Assembly (NCBI RefSeq): GCF_009834535.1
Contig: NC_045696.1
Span: 113,834,001-113,898,000, forward strand
DNA length: 64,000 nucleotides
Source of the DNA: Camelus ferus
Lineage: Eukaryota
Direction of reading: 5' to 3'
The position numbers were made by a program, and so were the translations under genes. How positions within the stretch are numbered: position 1 is the first letter of the stretch; every line of letters starts with the position of its first letter. Of the stretch, positions 1 through 13,135 are shown piece after piece. The notes under the pieces were generated by a model. It saw nothing but the letters and a program-made list of their open reading frames with translations, did not search any database and was not told where the DNA came from.

Positions 1-639
1 AGAACAGAAATGAGGTTCATGGGAATCAGTAAATTCTTATCATTTACAAGATTCAGCTCAAGTATCAAATTCCATCTGAACCTTCTTTTTCTCTCTCCAC
101 CCAAAGATTACCTGCCAATGCCCCCACCCTCCAAACATCACACCCAGTGTGACTGTAGAAGATAATGTGCATCATTTTGTTTTATACCTGGTTTTGTAAT
201 TGTTTACTTTTTCCACCCCTCCCTAGAACTGAAGTTCTTTGAGGAATAGATTTTGCCTTGTCCTTAGTGCCTCAAAGGACATGTCTGTTGGATGATGATG
301 ATGATGGATTAATAGCAAATCAAGAGAAACCACAAGGCTACCAGCAGCAAATATATGTCCCCCAGCTGCAGAGAAACTCACGGAGGAAAATAAGGTCCAC
401 ACAAGTCAACTGAACTGTGTTAATTCTCTCACATTCATAGGAGGCAAAGTGAGATTGTAATTTAGCTCTCCTATATTCTTCTTGGCACATCAAGCTAATC
501 CTACACTGAACAGCCAGAAATTCCCCTCACATCCCGTAGCAAAGTGGGCAATCTCATTAAAGTGCTTGGGAAGATTCTACTGCCAACAGAGATTTGTTCT
601 TTCTTCATTTGACATTGGTTCATATCTACCAAAAATTCA

Positions 640-1570
640 TTACATATCTACAAAAAATTCAAGAATTCATACAACTCAACATCAATAAAAACATATAACC
701 TGTTAAAAAATTGGCAGAGGACCTGAATAGGCATTTTTCCAAAGAAGATATACAGATGGTTAACAGGCACATGAAAAGATATTCAACATCATTAATGATG
801 AAATGCAAATCAAAACCACAACGAGTTACCACCTCACACCTGTCTGAATGGCTATCATCAAAAAGACAAGTAACAAGTGTTGGTGAGAACGTGAAAAAAA
901 AGGGAACCTTTGTGCACTGTTGGTGGTACTGTGAATTGGTACATCTACTATTGAAAACAGTATGGAGACTCCTAAAAAAACTAAAAATAGAACTACTATA
1001 TGATCCAGTAATTCCACTTCTGGGTATTTATCTGAAGAAAATGTAAACACTAATTTGAAAAGATATGCAACCCCATGGTTCACTGCAGCATTAGTTACAA
1101 TAACCAAAATATGAAAGCAACCTAAGTGCTCAATAGATGAATGGATAAAGAAGATGTGGCACACACACACACACACAGGAATATCATTGAGCCATAAAAA
1201 AGAATGAAATCTTGCAATTTGGGATAAAATGAATGGACCTTGTGGGTTTTATGCCAAGTGAAATAAGTTAGACAGAGAAAGACAAATACCATATGATTTC
1301 ACTTATATGTAGAATCTAAAAGACAAAACAAATGAACAAATTCACCTAAACAAAAACACAGTTATAGATACAGAGAACAAACAGGTGGTTGTCAGAGGGG
1401 AGAGGGATGAGGGGAAGGGAGAAACAGTGAGAGAGATGAAAAGGTACAAACTTCCAGTTACAAAATAAATGAGTCACGGTATGAAATGTACAGTGTGGGA
1501 ATACAATCAATAATTATGTAGTATTTTTGTATGGTGACAGATTAAAAAAATTAGAAAACAAAAAAAAAAG
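640..1570 (+). mobile_element. L1 3' fragment (ORF2 C-terminus, 3' UTR, A-tail)
   Basis: ORF track gives [15 protein letters not shown]...[26 protein letters not shown], typical of the L1 ORF2 C-terminus; A-rich tail at 1544-1569. Confidence 0.92.
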
Positions 1571-1571
1571 C

Positions 1572-3550
1572 ATGCATTTTAAACAAGTTGTGATATTCTG
1601 GGAATGCAAGGATAGTTTAATAATAGAAAGTTATTAATGTAATTTACCTGATACATTAAAGTAGAAAAACTGATAATCTCATTAGGTGCAGAAAAAGCAC
1701 TCAACAGGTTTTAATAACAGCCATTCATGATGAAAACCGGCAAAATTAGAATAGTAGGAAACTTCTTCTTTACTGTACCAGAGGTTATATTCATCAAGGT
1801 ATGAAACACACAAGGCAAAAACAAAAGGTTTATGGACTGGGATGGAAGAAATAAAACTGTTAGCATCTGCAGCATTTATGTACACAGAAAAACTCCCCAA
1901 ATCTATATGGAATGTATCAAATTTAATAAAAGTTTAGTGGGGAGAGGTATAGCTCAGGGGTAGAGTGTGTGCTTAGCTTGCAAGAGGTCCTGGGTTTAAT
2001 CCTCAGTACTGCCACTGAAATAAATATATAAACCTAATTACCTACCCCCTCAAAAAATTTAAAAAAAAAGTTTAGTAAAGCAGCTGGATATAAGATTAAT
2101 AGGCAAAAATCAACTTCATTTCAGTACACCAACAAAATTAGAAAATGTATTTTAAAATACCTTTTACAATAATATTAAAAATATTAAGGAAACTATGAAT
2201 ACATTTCATGAAAAGTATATAAGATTTTTATGGAGAAAATTATAAGATATATTGAAATATACTCAAGAAAGTTAAATAAATGAAGACACCAAGTTTATAG
2301 TTAGGGAGAGCCAATATCCTGGGGATGTCATTTTTCCCCAAACTGATACAATGCAATTCCAATAAACCCAACAATTTTTTAAAAAATTGAAACTTGACAA
2401 GTTGATTCCAAAATCTATTTGGGAGCTCAAAGAAGATCCTCAAACTCTGCTACACATATGAAAATCTGATATATGTCAGAACACGTGGGGCTAAGAAAAT
2501 AGTTTTCTATTTGGACAGTAGAGTCATTGAATTTCTACCTCCATAAATATATAAACTTGTTGTAGATGGATTAAGCACCTAAACTCAAAAGTCAAAAGTT
2601 TTAGAGTCTGACTAAAGAGAGTGACAAGGCAAGCCATAAACTGAGAAAAGATACTTGGATCCTATAAAATTGACAAAATTTCAGTCTGGAATATACAAAT
2701 TTCTATAAATCAATACAAAAAAGACTAATAATCCATTAGAAAAAACACAAATAAGCATTTCCAGAAAGAGGAAACATGAAGGGCAATAATTATATGAAAA
2801 ATGCTCAGTCTCATTAAATCAGGGAAATAAAACTTGAGATTACAATTTAATATTATTCTATAAAATATACAGGCAAAAATAAAGGCCTGCCAAAAACCAA
2901 GCACTGATGACAACGTGGAAAAACAAGAACGCCTATCCTTGCTGATGAGTGTGTCAATCACGCTGATGAGAATGTGGACTTCCCTAGTTAAGGTGACTAT
3001 ATATTCTCCTATATTACAACATGGGAACTGCATTCCTAGGTACAGACCACAGAAGAAATTTTACACGTGTACCAGAAGACATGTATAAGAGTGTTCATGG
3101 AAGGACTATTTCTAACAGCAAAACTGGAAACAACACAAATGTCCATCAACAGAAAAATGGATGAATTCACCCAAAGGAGTACTACACAGCAGTGAAAAGA
3201 TATAGACTAACATTGATCAATTAAACTAAAAAATCTTAAAAATCTTAAATGAAAAACCAGGTCTAAAAGGAATGTATTATGGTATGACACTATTTCTACA
3301 AAGTTTAAAAATAAACAAGAAAATAAACTGTTGAGGGATATATACAAAAAGTTCAAAAGAGTATTTTCCTGGGTAGCATCAGAGGGTGGAGAAGTAGAAC
3401 ACAGGAACATCCATGCTTCCGGTGAGGCTCTACTTCTCGGGATGCAGGGCGGGTCCAGGAGTCACCTGTTTTACTATTAAGTTTCATAACTTACTTATAT
3501 GTTAGAGATCTTCTCATACATGTATCAAATTTTCATATTAAGATAAAGTA
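1572..3550 (+). mobile_element. Old, highly diverged L1 (L1M-type) ORF2/3' UTR, interrupted by a SINE
   Basis: Decayed ORF2 motifs: gggaatgcaaggatagtttaa (~GMQGWFN), atctcattaggtgcagaaaaagca (~ISIDAEKA), aaatgtccatcaacagaaaaatggat. Confidence 0.8.
1939..2065 (+). mobile_element. tRNA-Ala-derived camelid-type (Vic) SINE
   Basis: ggggagaggtatagctcaggggtagag...gcttagc...ggtcctgggtttaatcc, then a cctaattacc tail; TSD aaaagtttagt (1928-1938 / 2066-2076). Confidence 0.92.
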
Positions 3551-3554
3551 TGCC

Positions 3555-3860
3555 CAAAAGTGTATCAAAGTGCTAAGCGAGAACAGCAAGTTGCAGCATA
3601 TGTACAGTGTGACCCTACTGTATCCACTAGAAAGATCAAACCCTATTTTATATCATTTACGGATATATGTATCAATGTCTTTTAAGACATGAACTGGAAA
3701 AACAGACCTAAATTCATGATGGCAGCTGTGCCAGGAACAAGGCAGAGCTGGAGAGGGTGATGGGGAGAAAATAAATATGAAGATGGCAGGTGAAGGAGAG
3801 TTCAATGAAACTTTTAGGGCTTGATTTCTCTTATTTAAAAATGATGTAGTAAAATGCAAA
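3555..3860 (+). mobile_element. Ancient L1ME-like 3' end fragment
   Basis: aagtgctaagcgagaacagcaagttgcag...tacagtgtga pattern typical of L1ME 3' ends. Confidence 0.45.
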
Positions 3861-4933
3861 ACAAAACCACAGTGAGCCAAATTTATTGCCAGTACTGAAA
3901 TACATTGAGAAGCAGTGGTCAAGGGACTGGGGTCCAGGATTCCCACCCCAAGTGCCCATGGACCTACCTCCCCTGAAGCAGACAGGGAGGTACAGACAAT
4001 ATTCAGGCCAGATGACAGCGGAACTTTGCCAACAGCACCTGGCTGCCAGACAAGCTCACTCATTCAGATGAATAGTACACATGGTTACCCCTGAGCTATA
4101 ATTAGACAGAATACAAATAGATAAGTTTATCAGAAGGAAGAGCTTAAAGGTAGACTAAATTATAGGTTTGTAGTTACAACATTACTTCAAGGTAGATGAA
4201 GAAATTTAGTTAGAAAAATACACACAGGAGTACACAGCTATGAAACAGGGTGCAGAGATGCAATTCCCAAATACAGATATAATATATGAGTCACTCTGAG
4301 AAATTTTAAGATGACCTTCCAAGAACGGTAATCACAGTTAGTTATCTAATTTAGGCTAATTAAGGAGTCGCCAAATAGTGCCAGCAAAGAAGGAGCTCAG
4401 AAGTAGAAGGCAGGAGATACTTCACCAACTCGGCAGTGTCTGTAGATAACTTATATTCAATTTGTGCCCATTCCAAGTTTTATCTGGCTTGCAGTCAGAA
4501 CTCCAAATTTTATTGGGCCTTTGAAGTCAGTAAGCTGTCTAGGCACTTATTAACAGTGGAATAAATAATGCGGTTAACAGTATCACTCTGAGTTGGTTCA
4601 TGCTGCCAAACTATGGGTTTTTGTTTTTTTTTTTGAGAAAAAACTAGTAGTGACAAACTATCTGAAAAACAGATTGGTGTTTTAAAATGCATTTAAAACT
4701 AATATTATTTCCTTAATATACAGTCTGAGTCTTAGAAATCTGGTCTCCTCCATCATCTTAGAAACCCCGAAGCTTACAGCAGTGGTCCCTGAACTCCCTC
4801 TTTGTCCCACACTCATTTTAGTATGTCCCGTTGAGAAACCCCGGTGTAAAATCCAAAACTGTGTTGGAAAATATGATGGCCATGTAGCCACTGAGCACTT
4901 GAAATATAGCTTGTTCAAATTAAGATGTGTTAT

Positions 4934-5823
4934 CATGAAAAGATGTTCAACATCGACCATCAGGGAAATGCAAATCAAAACCACAAGGAGATATCACCTC
5001 ACACCTGTCACAATGGCCATCATCAAAAAGAACACAAATAGCGAATGCTGGCCAGGATGCGGAGAAAGGGAACCCTTGCACACTGTTGGTGGGAATGTGA
5101 ACTGGTGCAGCCAATGTAGAAAACAGTATGCAGGTGCCTCAAAAACTAAAAATAGAGCTACTTCATGACCCAGTGATTCCACTCCTGGGTATACACTGGA
5201 AAAACCAAAAACATTAATTCGAAAAGATACATGCACCCCAGTGTTCGCAGCAGTTATTATTTACAATGGCTAAGATATGGAAGCAACCTAAGTATCCAAC
5301 AACAGATGACTGGATAAAGAAATTGTGGATACATATACACAATGGACCACTACTCAGTCACAAAAAAGAATGAAATTTTGCCATTTGCAGCAACATGGAT
5401 AGACTTGAAGGGCATTATCCTAAGGGAAACAAGTCAGACAGAGAAAGACAAATGCTGTATGATATCACTTATATGTAGAATCTAAAAATACCACAAACTA
5501 GTGAAATAACAAAAAGGCAGCAGACTCATAGATACAGAGAACAAACTAGTGGTTACCAGTGGGGAGAGGGAAGGGGTAACAGAAGGGGGGGTGTTGGGAG
5601 ATACAAACTACTGGGTGTAAGATAGGCTGTATTGTACAACACGGGGAACACAGTTAATATTTTGTAATAACTATAAGTGAGTATAACTTTAAAAAATTGT
5701 AAATCACTACATTGTACACCTGAAACTTACATTTTGTAAATCAACTATACCTCAATAAAAGAAAAAAAAAAAGAATTTATAGTGAAAAAAAAGATTATGT
5801 AATACCCGAAAAAAAAACCCAAA
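4934..5823 (+). mobile_element. 5'-truncated L1 (ORF2 end + 3' UTR) inserted in MER33
   Basis: Translation [24 protein letters not shown]; multi-part A-tail; TSD caaattaagatgt(g/a)(t/c)tat at 4916-4933 / 5824-5841. Confidence 0.93.
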
Positions 5824-5861
5824 CAAATTAAGATGTACTATGAATGTAAAACACATACTCA

Positions 5862-6135
5862 AAAATTTTTTAATGTTCTGTTCTTTTTCTTTAAATTGAA
5901 GTATAGTCAGTTTACAATGTGTCAATTTCTGGTATAGGGCGTAACACTTCAGTCATACATATACGTACATATATTTGTTTTCATATTCTTATTCATTATA
6001 GGCTAATGCAAGATAATGAATATAGATCCCTGTGCTATATACAGAAGAAATTTGTTGTTTATTTTATGTATAGTAGTTAGCATCTGCTAATCTTGAACTC
6101 CCAATTTATCCCTTCCTACTCGCTTTTCCCTCCCA
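5862..6135 (-). mobile_element. L1 3' UTR fragment (younger lineage-specific family)
   Basis: ttgaagtatagtcagtttacaatgtgtcaatttctgg is the reverse complement of the L1 3' end seen in the + strand copies at 17330 and 18690. Confidence 0.88.
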
Positions 6136-6346
6136 CGCCAAAGTTTGATGACAATGCAAAAAGAAGGCAAAATGCATCATTACTTCTTGCTAATTACATG
6201 TTGAAATAATATTTGGAATATATTGGGCTAAAATATATTAAAATTAACTTCAACTACTTCTTTTTACATTTTTAAATGTGGCTACTAGAAAATTTTAAAT
6301 TACACATGTGCTGCACATTATAGTTCTTTCGACAGAACTGTTTGAG

Positions 6347-6552
6347 CACTGCTGTCCAACCAAACTTTCTGTGATGATGGAAACATTCTAGTCCTCCATA
6401 TCCACTGGTAACTGCCAGCCACAGGTGGCCATCCGGCACTTGAAGTGAGGCTAATGAGAATGAGGAAGTGAATTTTCAATCTCCTTTAATTTTAATACAT
6501 TTAAATCCAACAGCTCCATGTGGTTGGTGGAGATCTGTATTAGACAGTGCAG
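6347..6552 (+). mobile_element. MER3 (hAT-Charlie MITE)
   Basis: ctgctgtccaa..actttctgtgatgatggaaacattcta...tattagacagtgcag, with terminal inverted repeats. Confidence 0.8.
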
Positions 6553-6739
6553 ACCCACTCTGATTAGAATGTTTTTTTAATAGGTCAGAATTACTTGGAT
6601 CTATACAAAAGAGAAGAATGGACTTTTATATACTTTGGACTCAAAAAGTGAGAAGCAGATGCTGCAGATTGTTTTACACTTTTAATGATCGCTTTTCCCT
6701 TAAACCGATCAAATGAAAGTTGGTGCCAGAGGACACCTG

Positions 6740-7000
6740 CGGTACAGAGCAGGGCTGAAGCCTGAGAACAGGTTCTGAGCCAGACGTGCCTGTCTAAATC
6801 CTAGCCCTGCCACTGAAAACCTGTAAGACTCTGGATAAATATGTCATCTTTCTCTTAGTTTTCTGATCTGCAAAATGGGGCCATTCCGGCACCAACTTCA
6901 TGGAGCAACTGTGAAGTTTTAGTAGAACTGTACTTAAACAGTTTGGAAAATGGGGCCTGCAAAGGCCCAAATAGCAAGCCTCTGAATGTTAGCTGCTACT
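6740..7000 (+). mobile_element. MIR SINE
   Basis: Core-like aaatcctagccctgccact...ttagttttctgatctgcaaaatgggg, ending aatgttagctgct. Confidence 0.7.
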
Positions 7001-7131
7001 ACAGTTGTGGTTATGCCCATGGATAGTACAGATGTTCACCAACACACTCAAAGGGTTAACTGCCTGGTGGTTTTCTAACAATGGGGTCACGCTCCCAGGA
7101 CTAGAAAACAGGACTTGTGCACATTAATAGT

Positions 7132-7362
7132 CATCACCATCACCACCATCATCATCACCATCACCACCATCATCACCACCATCACCACCATTATCACCAC
7201 CATTGCCATCATCACTACCATTGTCATCAACATCATCATCACTATCATCATCATCATAATCACCATCATCACCATCACCACCATCACCATCATCACCATC
7301 ACCACCATCATCACTACCACTGTCATCACCATCACCACCACCAGCATCATCATCATCATCAC
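7132..7362. repeat. Imperfect (CAC/CAT)n trinucleotide repeat, ~230 bp
   Basis: Direct reading; it accounts for the His-, Ile/Thr-, Met/Val- and Asp/Gly-rich ORFs here. Confidence 0.97.
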
Positions 7363-8619
7363 CCAGCGACCTAATCTTATGACGAGTATTTAGGTAGAGT
7401 GGAACTTTGGAGACCATTAGAATTCATAGCTGCCACTCCCAGGAAATCCAATTTTTCATGGAATAGAATGTTTATTCACAATCAGGATTTCTAGGTATTA
7501 GGTTTTTAAGCAATGTTTTCCCACTTGCAGTATTCTTCATGATCAACACCCTTAAATTTTTAGACTTTATTTTTTAAAGAAGAAAAACAGTTAACAGAGA
7601 TAAATATCAAAATAAAATGCAGGTAGATGAACCTATCAAAATACAAATATCAGTTCACAAATTACACATTGGTTGAATGCCCAAAGTTGCTGCTTGGAGA
7701 AATTCTTCAGAGGATCTATGCTATAAACTGTGTTCAGCTCTCCATGCTGCTACCCACAGTGCAGGAGCCCTTATGTATGTATGAAATGTTACACATTTAT
7801 GATGAAAAGGACTAAGTGCTCACTCTCTCTAAGATTGTAAGTTTCTTTAAATATAGCTGAATACTTTCAATGAGCTGTGTCATAGCTGTGACTCTAAGAC
7901 CAAGAGTTTCTGGCTGTGTCTGCTGCCTTTTCATTTAATGCTGACTCTGAGCAGGCAAAGAGGAAGGGTGCCCGAGCAATCTTGGGATCCTGGCTCCACG
8001 GGACAAGGAACTTGCCTTTGGAGAGGCTCCTGGACATGCCAACGTGAACCTAAACTTGATGGGGACAAGTGGTAAGGAGGAGACAGTACAAGGGGATTTC
8101 TCAGGAGCTCCAGCCATCGCTGCTTATGTCAGACTCCATGGAGCTGAAAATTCACTCCTTCCAGCTGGGAGGCACGCTGTCCACACACAAATGCTATGCT
8201 GCACCTATGTCCAAAGTCTCTTTGGAAGTAAACAGCTGCAAGGATTTTGAGCCTCTGGGGTTAAACACAATAATATAAGTGTTTCTCTGGTGTCAGACTG
8301 GAAGGAAAGGGTCGTTCCTAATTCCTATGCCTTAAAAGAAAATATAAAGACCAGGCCCAGATTAGCTGCAGATAAGGGTCATAGGAATGCCAGCTGAAGA
8401 GGGGAAATGCCACAAAGCTGCCTGAATGAAATGAGAAAAAACACATGGGGGTACGGAGGGGAAATGTTTTCAGTGTTCTCAAGGCCAGACGCTGACCTAT
8501 TTGTGGCTAAAACCAACAGTGCTTTTTGTCTTCATTTTATTAAAACTCCCTGGAGCCTCCGTCCCCAGATTCCTGAAAAACTCTCTTCCCCAGGTCTCCC
8601 TCCAAGGGTCTCCGTCTGA

Positions 8620-9330
8620 TAGGGTAGCACTCTGATTCCTCTGCCCTTCAATGACAACCTCTTCAATGTCTGCCTCCCTAGGGGTCCTACCCTCGGCCCC
8701 GCTGTTTTCTCACCTTCGATCTGGGTATCTCATTATCCTTTGACAATCAATCTACCAAACACTGACGGAATCTCCAATCTGGTCCGAAACTTGAGAATCA
8801 ACCTGGATAATGCTTCCTCCTTCTCTGCTCCTCTAAGTGCCCCAAAACCAATAGAACCCTATTCCATAGCATGTTTGTCATCTGTCTACTGGCTGCATCC
8901 CCTCTCACTTAGGTGATGGTACCAGCATCCTTTGTGGCTTCCCTGCCTCCAGTCTTGCTTTTCCCCAATCCATCCACCAAAGTGCAGACAGGGCAAGCTC
9001 CAGAAAATCTTTTCAGTGGGATCTTGTTTCCCTGCTTTCTCTGGCTTCTTAATACCTCCAAGATCAAGCCCTGGTTCCTTTGTAGCATGAGACATCTTCC
9101 ACAAAGATCTGGCTCCAGCTCCCAGCTCTGGCGTCACACGTTACACCTCCTTCTCCTCCACCTCCATTCTCCAAACATACTGGGACCACACGTAGAACTT
9201 CCATGGGGCTGGGCTGTTTCTTGGCTTTTGGATAAGACACTCCGTAGGTCTAAACATTCTCTTTGTGCTTCAGGTCTTAACTTAGCTGCATTCTCCTCCA
9301 GGACATCTTTCTTATCCCCAAAGGCTAGGT
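8620..9330 (+). mobile_element. L2 LINE relic
   Basis: ccctaggggtcctaccctcggccccgctgttttctc (~VPQGSVLGPLLFS) followed by pyrimidine-rich L2 3' sequence. Confidence 0.55.
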
Positions 9331-12300
9331 TCTCCATTGGAAGGGGTAACATTCTATGCAAACATAGCACTATAAAGAAGTTCTTTACCCATAAATATTA
9401 CCCTTTAATATTGGGGAAAGAAGCAATGTTAAGGACCAATATTATCTGGAGCACAGGAAAGAAGAATTTACTCTGATGGTGACAGGGCATCCCTGATGGC
9501 CAAGGGAATGTTGAGAAAACAAGCCTGGACTGCAGCTCATGAGGAGACAAATGGAGAATGGTACTTCACAAACTCCCAAGGTCCCCATGTTTGTATCCAG
9601 TAATTTTTTCTAAAAGATCAGTATCACCAAAGTCCAATATAACATCCTAGGAAGTCAGGATGTAGTAGTGCTGATGGATCCATTCTGTATACTCAGCTCC
9701 GAGCAGAACTGGACTATGAATATTTTCTCCTTCAGTTTCTTTCCAGCCCGTAAGAGTCTGGTGTTTATTCTCAAGGTATTCCAAGAAAAGGAATCATTCT
9801 ATACTTTTTGTCAATGAGTCCTTAATAAATGGGAGGAAGCTTTACCCTCAGTCACACTTTCCAGATTTGAGACGCAAAGATGAAAAAAGAAATTCATTTG
9901 ACTATAGTTATCTTTTTGCCAAACCTTAACGTCACTACTGTCATCTACTTTGTACCCTTTGCTAACAGTGTCCACAACTGAAAAGAGGAAGAAACAAGAA
10001 GAAAAGAGAATTTTAAACACAGAACAATTACTGCTGAATCCCCAGGGAAGGCAGTGGTGAACTAACCTTCTAGAAGTTATTAAAGAAGGCAGAGTCTCTC
10101 AGTTAAATTCATGACCCCAGAGATTTCCTTGCTTCTTTCTGTATTACATAATACAGGAGTATGTGTGTATGTGTTTAATCTTCCCAACGTGTGATGTTTT
10201 GCAGTGAGTGCACAACTTTCCAACAGACTTAAAATATTAAGAGACATAATGGTACGAAATAGTGAGCAGGGAGAAGCAGAGAAGTCGGGAAACAGGAAGG
10301 AAGACCTCTGGGAAAAACAGTATACTCCTCCTTTTCCTTCTAAGCTACATTTTTATGACACACTCACTTGTAAGCACAAAGACAGGCCACAGAGTCAACA
10401 GGAACCAAATCCTACTTTATATATGTGTGTTGTTAGAAATAAGGTTACAATCATAAAGACTTCGGAAACCATCTAGTTCAACTTTTTCATAACCCAGAAG
10501 CAAGCAGTAGAACTGGACTGGAATTCCATTGAGTTCAACAGGCATAAAATCAGTCAGAATTACTTAAAATACTGAATTATAGAACTTTTAATCCTATAGT
10601 TAGCAGCCAGGACTCTAGAACTAAGTTGATGGAGTTAGTCTCAGCCTTTAAAAAAAAAAAATATATACATATTTTATCCTTTCAACATACCTTCTCTTTG
10701 CAGAAAAAACGACCCACTTCAGAGCAGTGATTCTTAGTGTGTATATGCGGGGGTAGGGGCGGGGCTGGGGGAGTAATCTGAAAAATTGAAAACCCTCTTC
10801 TCCCACTGGGAATCACTTGTATTTCAAAGTCTTCATTTCCAAAGTGATAGAATTAAGGGTCAGAAAAGTGACGGGCTTTGCCCAGGCCCACACAACGGCT
10901 GCGCATAAGGCACGAAGAGGCAGCTGGGAAAGCGGTGTGCCCGCTCTGTGATAACTGCTCCACTTAAGACAGGAGGCTGGACGTCGAGACCAACGTTTGG
11001 ATTTTCTGGCACCTTTTCATCCCGGGCAAGTTTCAAGGACTAGATTCAGAAGTTGGTAAACAGCCATTTTCATTTCAGCTACCAAATTCTTTTTTGTTTT
11101 CTTTTTTAACTTTTCAAACTAGAAACAGTGATCTCTGACTACTCTCTTCAGTTCTTTAATGAACCATTTCTGGCAACACTGCTTTGGGTGCCCACCGCCC
11201 ACCCCAACTCTTGTGCGTTCTCTCTGGTCTGTGTGAGATATGAAAGCTCTTAAGGTCTTCAGGCCTCCAGAGTCAGCCTCTCTTGTCTGCACTGGAAGAA
11301 CAATTTTGGCCTGTGGGCTAGCCTGTGGGGCAAGTAATGGCTCTTTTATTATTTAACCCCACCCCCCCACCCCATAGGCCCAAGTGTTAGACAGGAAGGC
11401 TGTAATGTGTCTACTGATCTTATCTGCAGGTTAAACAAGCTTTTGACAAGCTGCTGCTGCCCCCACACAGTTTGCAGGAAGCCGAATCCTTCTCAAAATG
11501 CTTCAGTTCTCAAAAATGTTACCATTCGTAGGGGACAGAATGTAAAATCGCTTGGTATCATTTCAAATGCAGCTTTATTACTTTCTAACATCTAGACTAT
11601 ATCTAAGTAACAATTCCATTTGAAAGTTTAGATGACAGAGTTTAGGGACAGAGAATTATTCTTAGGATAGTTAAGATTTTCTGTTTATTTGTATCCAGGG
11701 TTACTATCAAGGCAATTTGTTTCTCAAGCAGGTCATATACCTCCAAAATACTCAATGCACTTTTCGCTGACTGAGAACATCTTTTGTTTCTTCCACAGGA
11801 AAATGGTCATATAGTTGCCTAATTTATTCCAGAACAGGTTGGTTGTGATATTCCACAAACTGCATGAATTTCTTTGTATCCTTGACACTGCTATTTGGCC
11901 CCAAGACCCATGTTAACCTTTCTGCCTGGAGGCCAAGGTTAGCACAGAAAAGGAAGAGGAAACAAGTCAACCAAAAGGTTAACGGCAAAAGGAAACTGCA
12001 CACGTAGATACTTAGTTAATGTTTGTTGAAAAATAACAAACGTCTTTAGTAGAACAGGCGGCTATGAGTACAGCATAGTAGTAAAGAAAGTGGCTTTCAC
12101 AATGAGAGAGCCAGGCTCTGCCCCTCACTGTGTGAAAGGTAAAGTAAATTTCAACAGGTACGGGGAGATGGGGTCTAACAGGTGAAAGGCACTGCATGGA
12201 AATAAGACAGGGGGAAGTGGGTTCCTTGTTGGGAGAATGGCATATACACAGGTGACTGAGTTTTCGCTGCGTAGGGCCTTAAATGCTATGATAGGAACTG

Positions 12301-12789
12301 GATTCAGGAGAGCTGTGGTTTTCAAATTTCTTGCTTCCAGGAGCTGCAGGGCTCCACTGAGGTCTTTCGGGATCACTAATCTGTTCCTTCCCCACATGAA
12401 ATTCGACCAGAGAAACTCCACTTTATATATTTTATGTACACATATGTATTTAGTAAATAAAGGGAGCATGTGAATAAAAGGAGGCTAGTGCTTTAAGAAA
12501 AAGTCTGAACAGCTTCTGGAACTTCCAAAAAAAAAAGCCTGAGTCCCAGTCAAGATCAACTGAACAGAACTGAATGAGCAATGAGCACCTGGGGTTGAGA
12601 ACCACCATCACAGATCCTGGGGTCACCAAGGGCCTCAAAATGTGGCTCAGAGAGGAGCAGCACCACGCAGACCTACTGAATGAGCCTACATTTAAAAAAA
12701 GAGCGGCGGATGACCAGTACGGACATTAAAGGTTGACACTGATGGAATTTTCTAGTAGGGATCACACGATGAAATCCCCGTAATAGCGT

Positions 12790-13135
12790 AAGACCTCCAT
12801 TTACTGAGCATCTCCTACAAGCCGGATATTGTGCAAGGCACTTTCCCTACTTCTCTGTAAAACAGAACGTTACTGACTGTACAGGGCTGTCATGAGGATG
12901 AAATACACATGAAGTGTCAAGGACAGTGCCTGGGAAAGAGTGGGTGTTTTAAAAATGGTAACTGTCACCATTAACACATACTCCTTCAACTTACTGCCAC
13001 TCTGCGAACTGTTATCTGAAACTAAGGCTCAAAGAAGGTCAGTGTCTTGACACAGGTTACACAGTAATGGTGGAACAGGGTGTCACACCCAGGACTGTCT
13101 CATTCAAAAGCTCTCCTTCCTTCTACACCAGGATC
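12790..13135. mobile_element. Cluster of MIR fragments in both orientations
   Basis: catttactgagcatctcctac; ctctgtaaaacag...gaggatgaaat; gaaactaaggctcaaagaagg...cacagtaa. Confidence 0.6.

Larger units (their letters stand above)
4858..6340 (-). mobile_element. MER33-like hAT-Charlie DNA transposon split into three pieces by two L1 insertions
   Basis: Pieces at 4858-4933 (gccactgagcacttgaaat), 5824-5860 and ~6140-6340 (aatgtggctactagaaaattttaaattacacatgtg...gacagaactg) join into one MER33-like element. Confidence 0.75.

Noticed and set aside
711..1046. 111-aa ORF (and similar ORFs at 4782-5168 and 24321-24704) as genes
   Set aside because: Truncated, frameshifted L1 ORF2 C-terminal remnants.
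7087..7417. His-, Ile/Thr-, Met/Val- and Asp/Gly-rich ORFs
   Set aside because: Artefacts of the (CAY)n microsatellite; no gene context.
8913..9476. 187-aa ORF
   Set aside because: Overlaps a pyrimidine-rich L2 relic; no recognisable domain.
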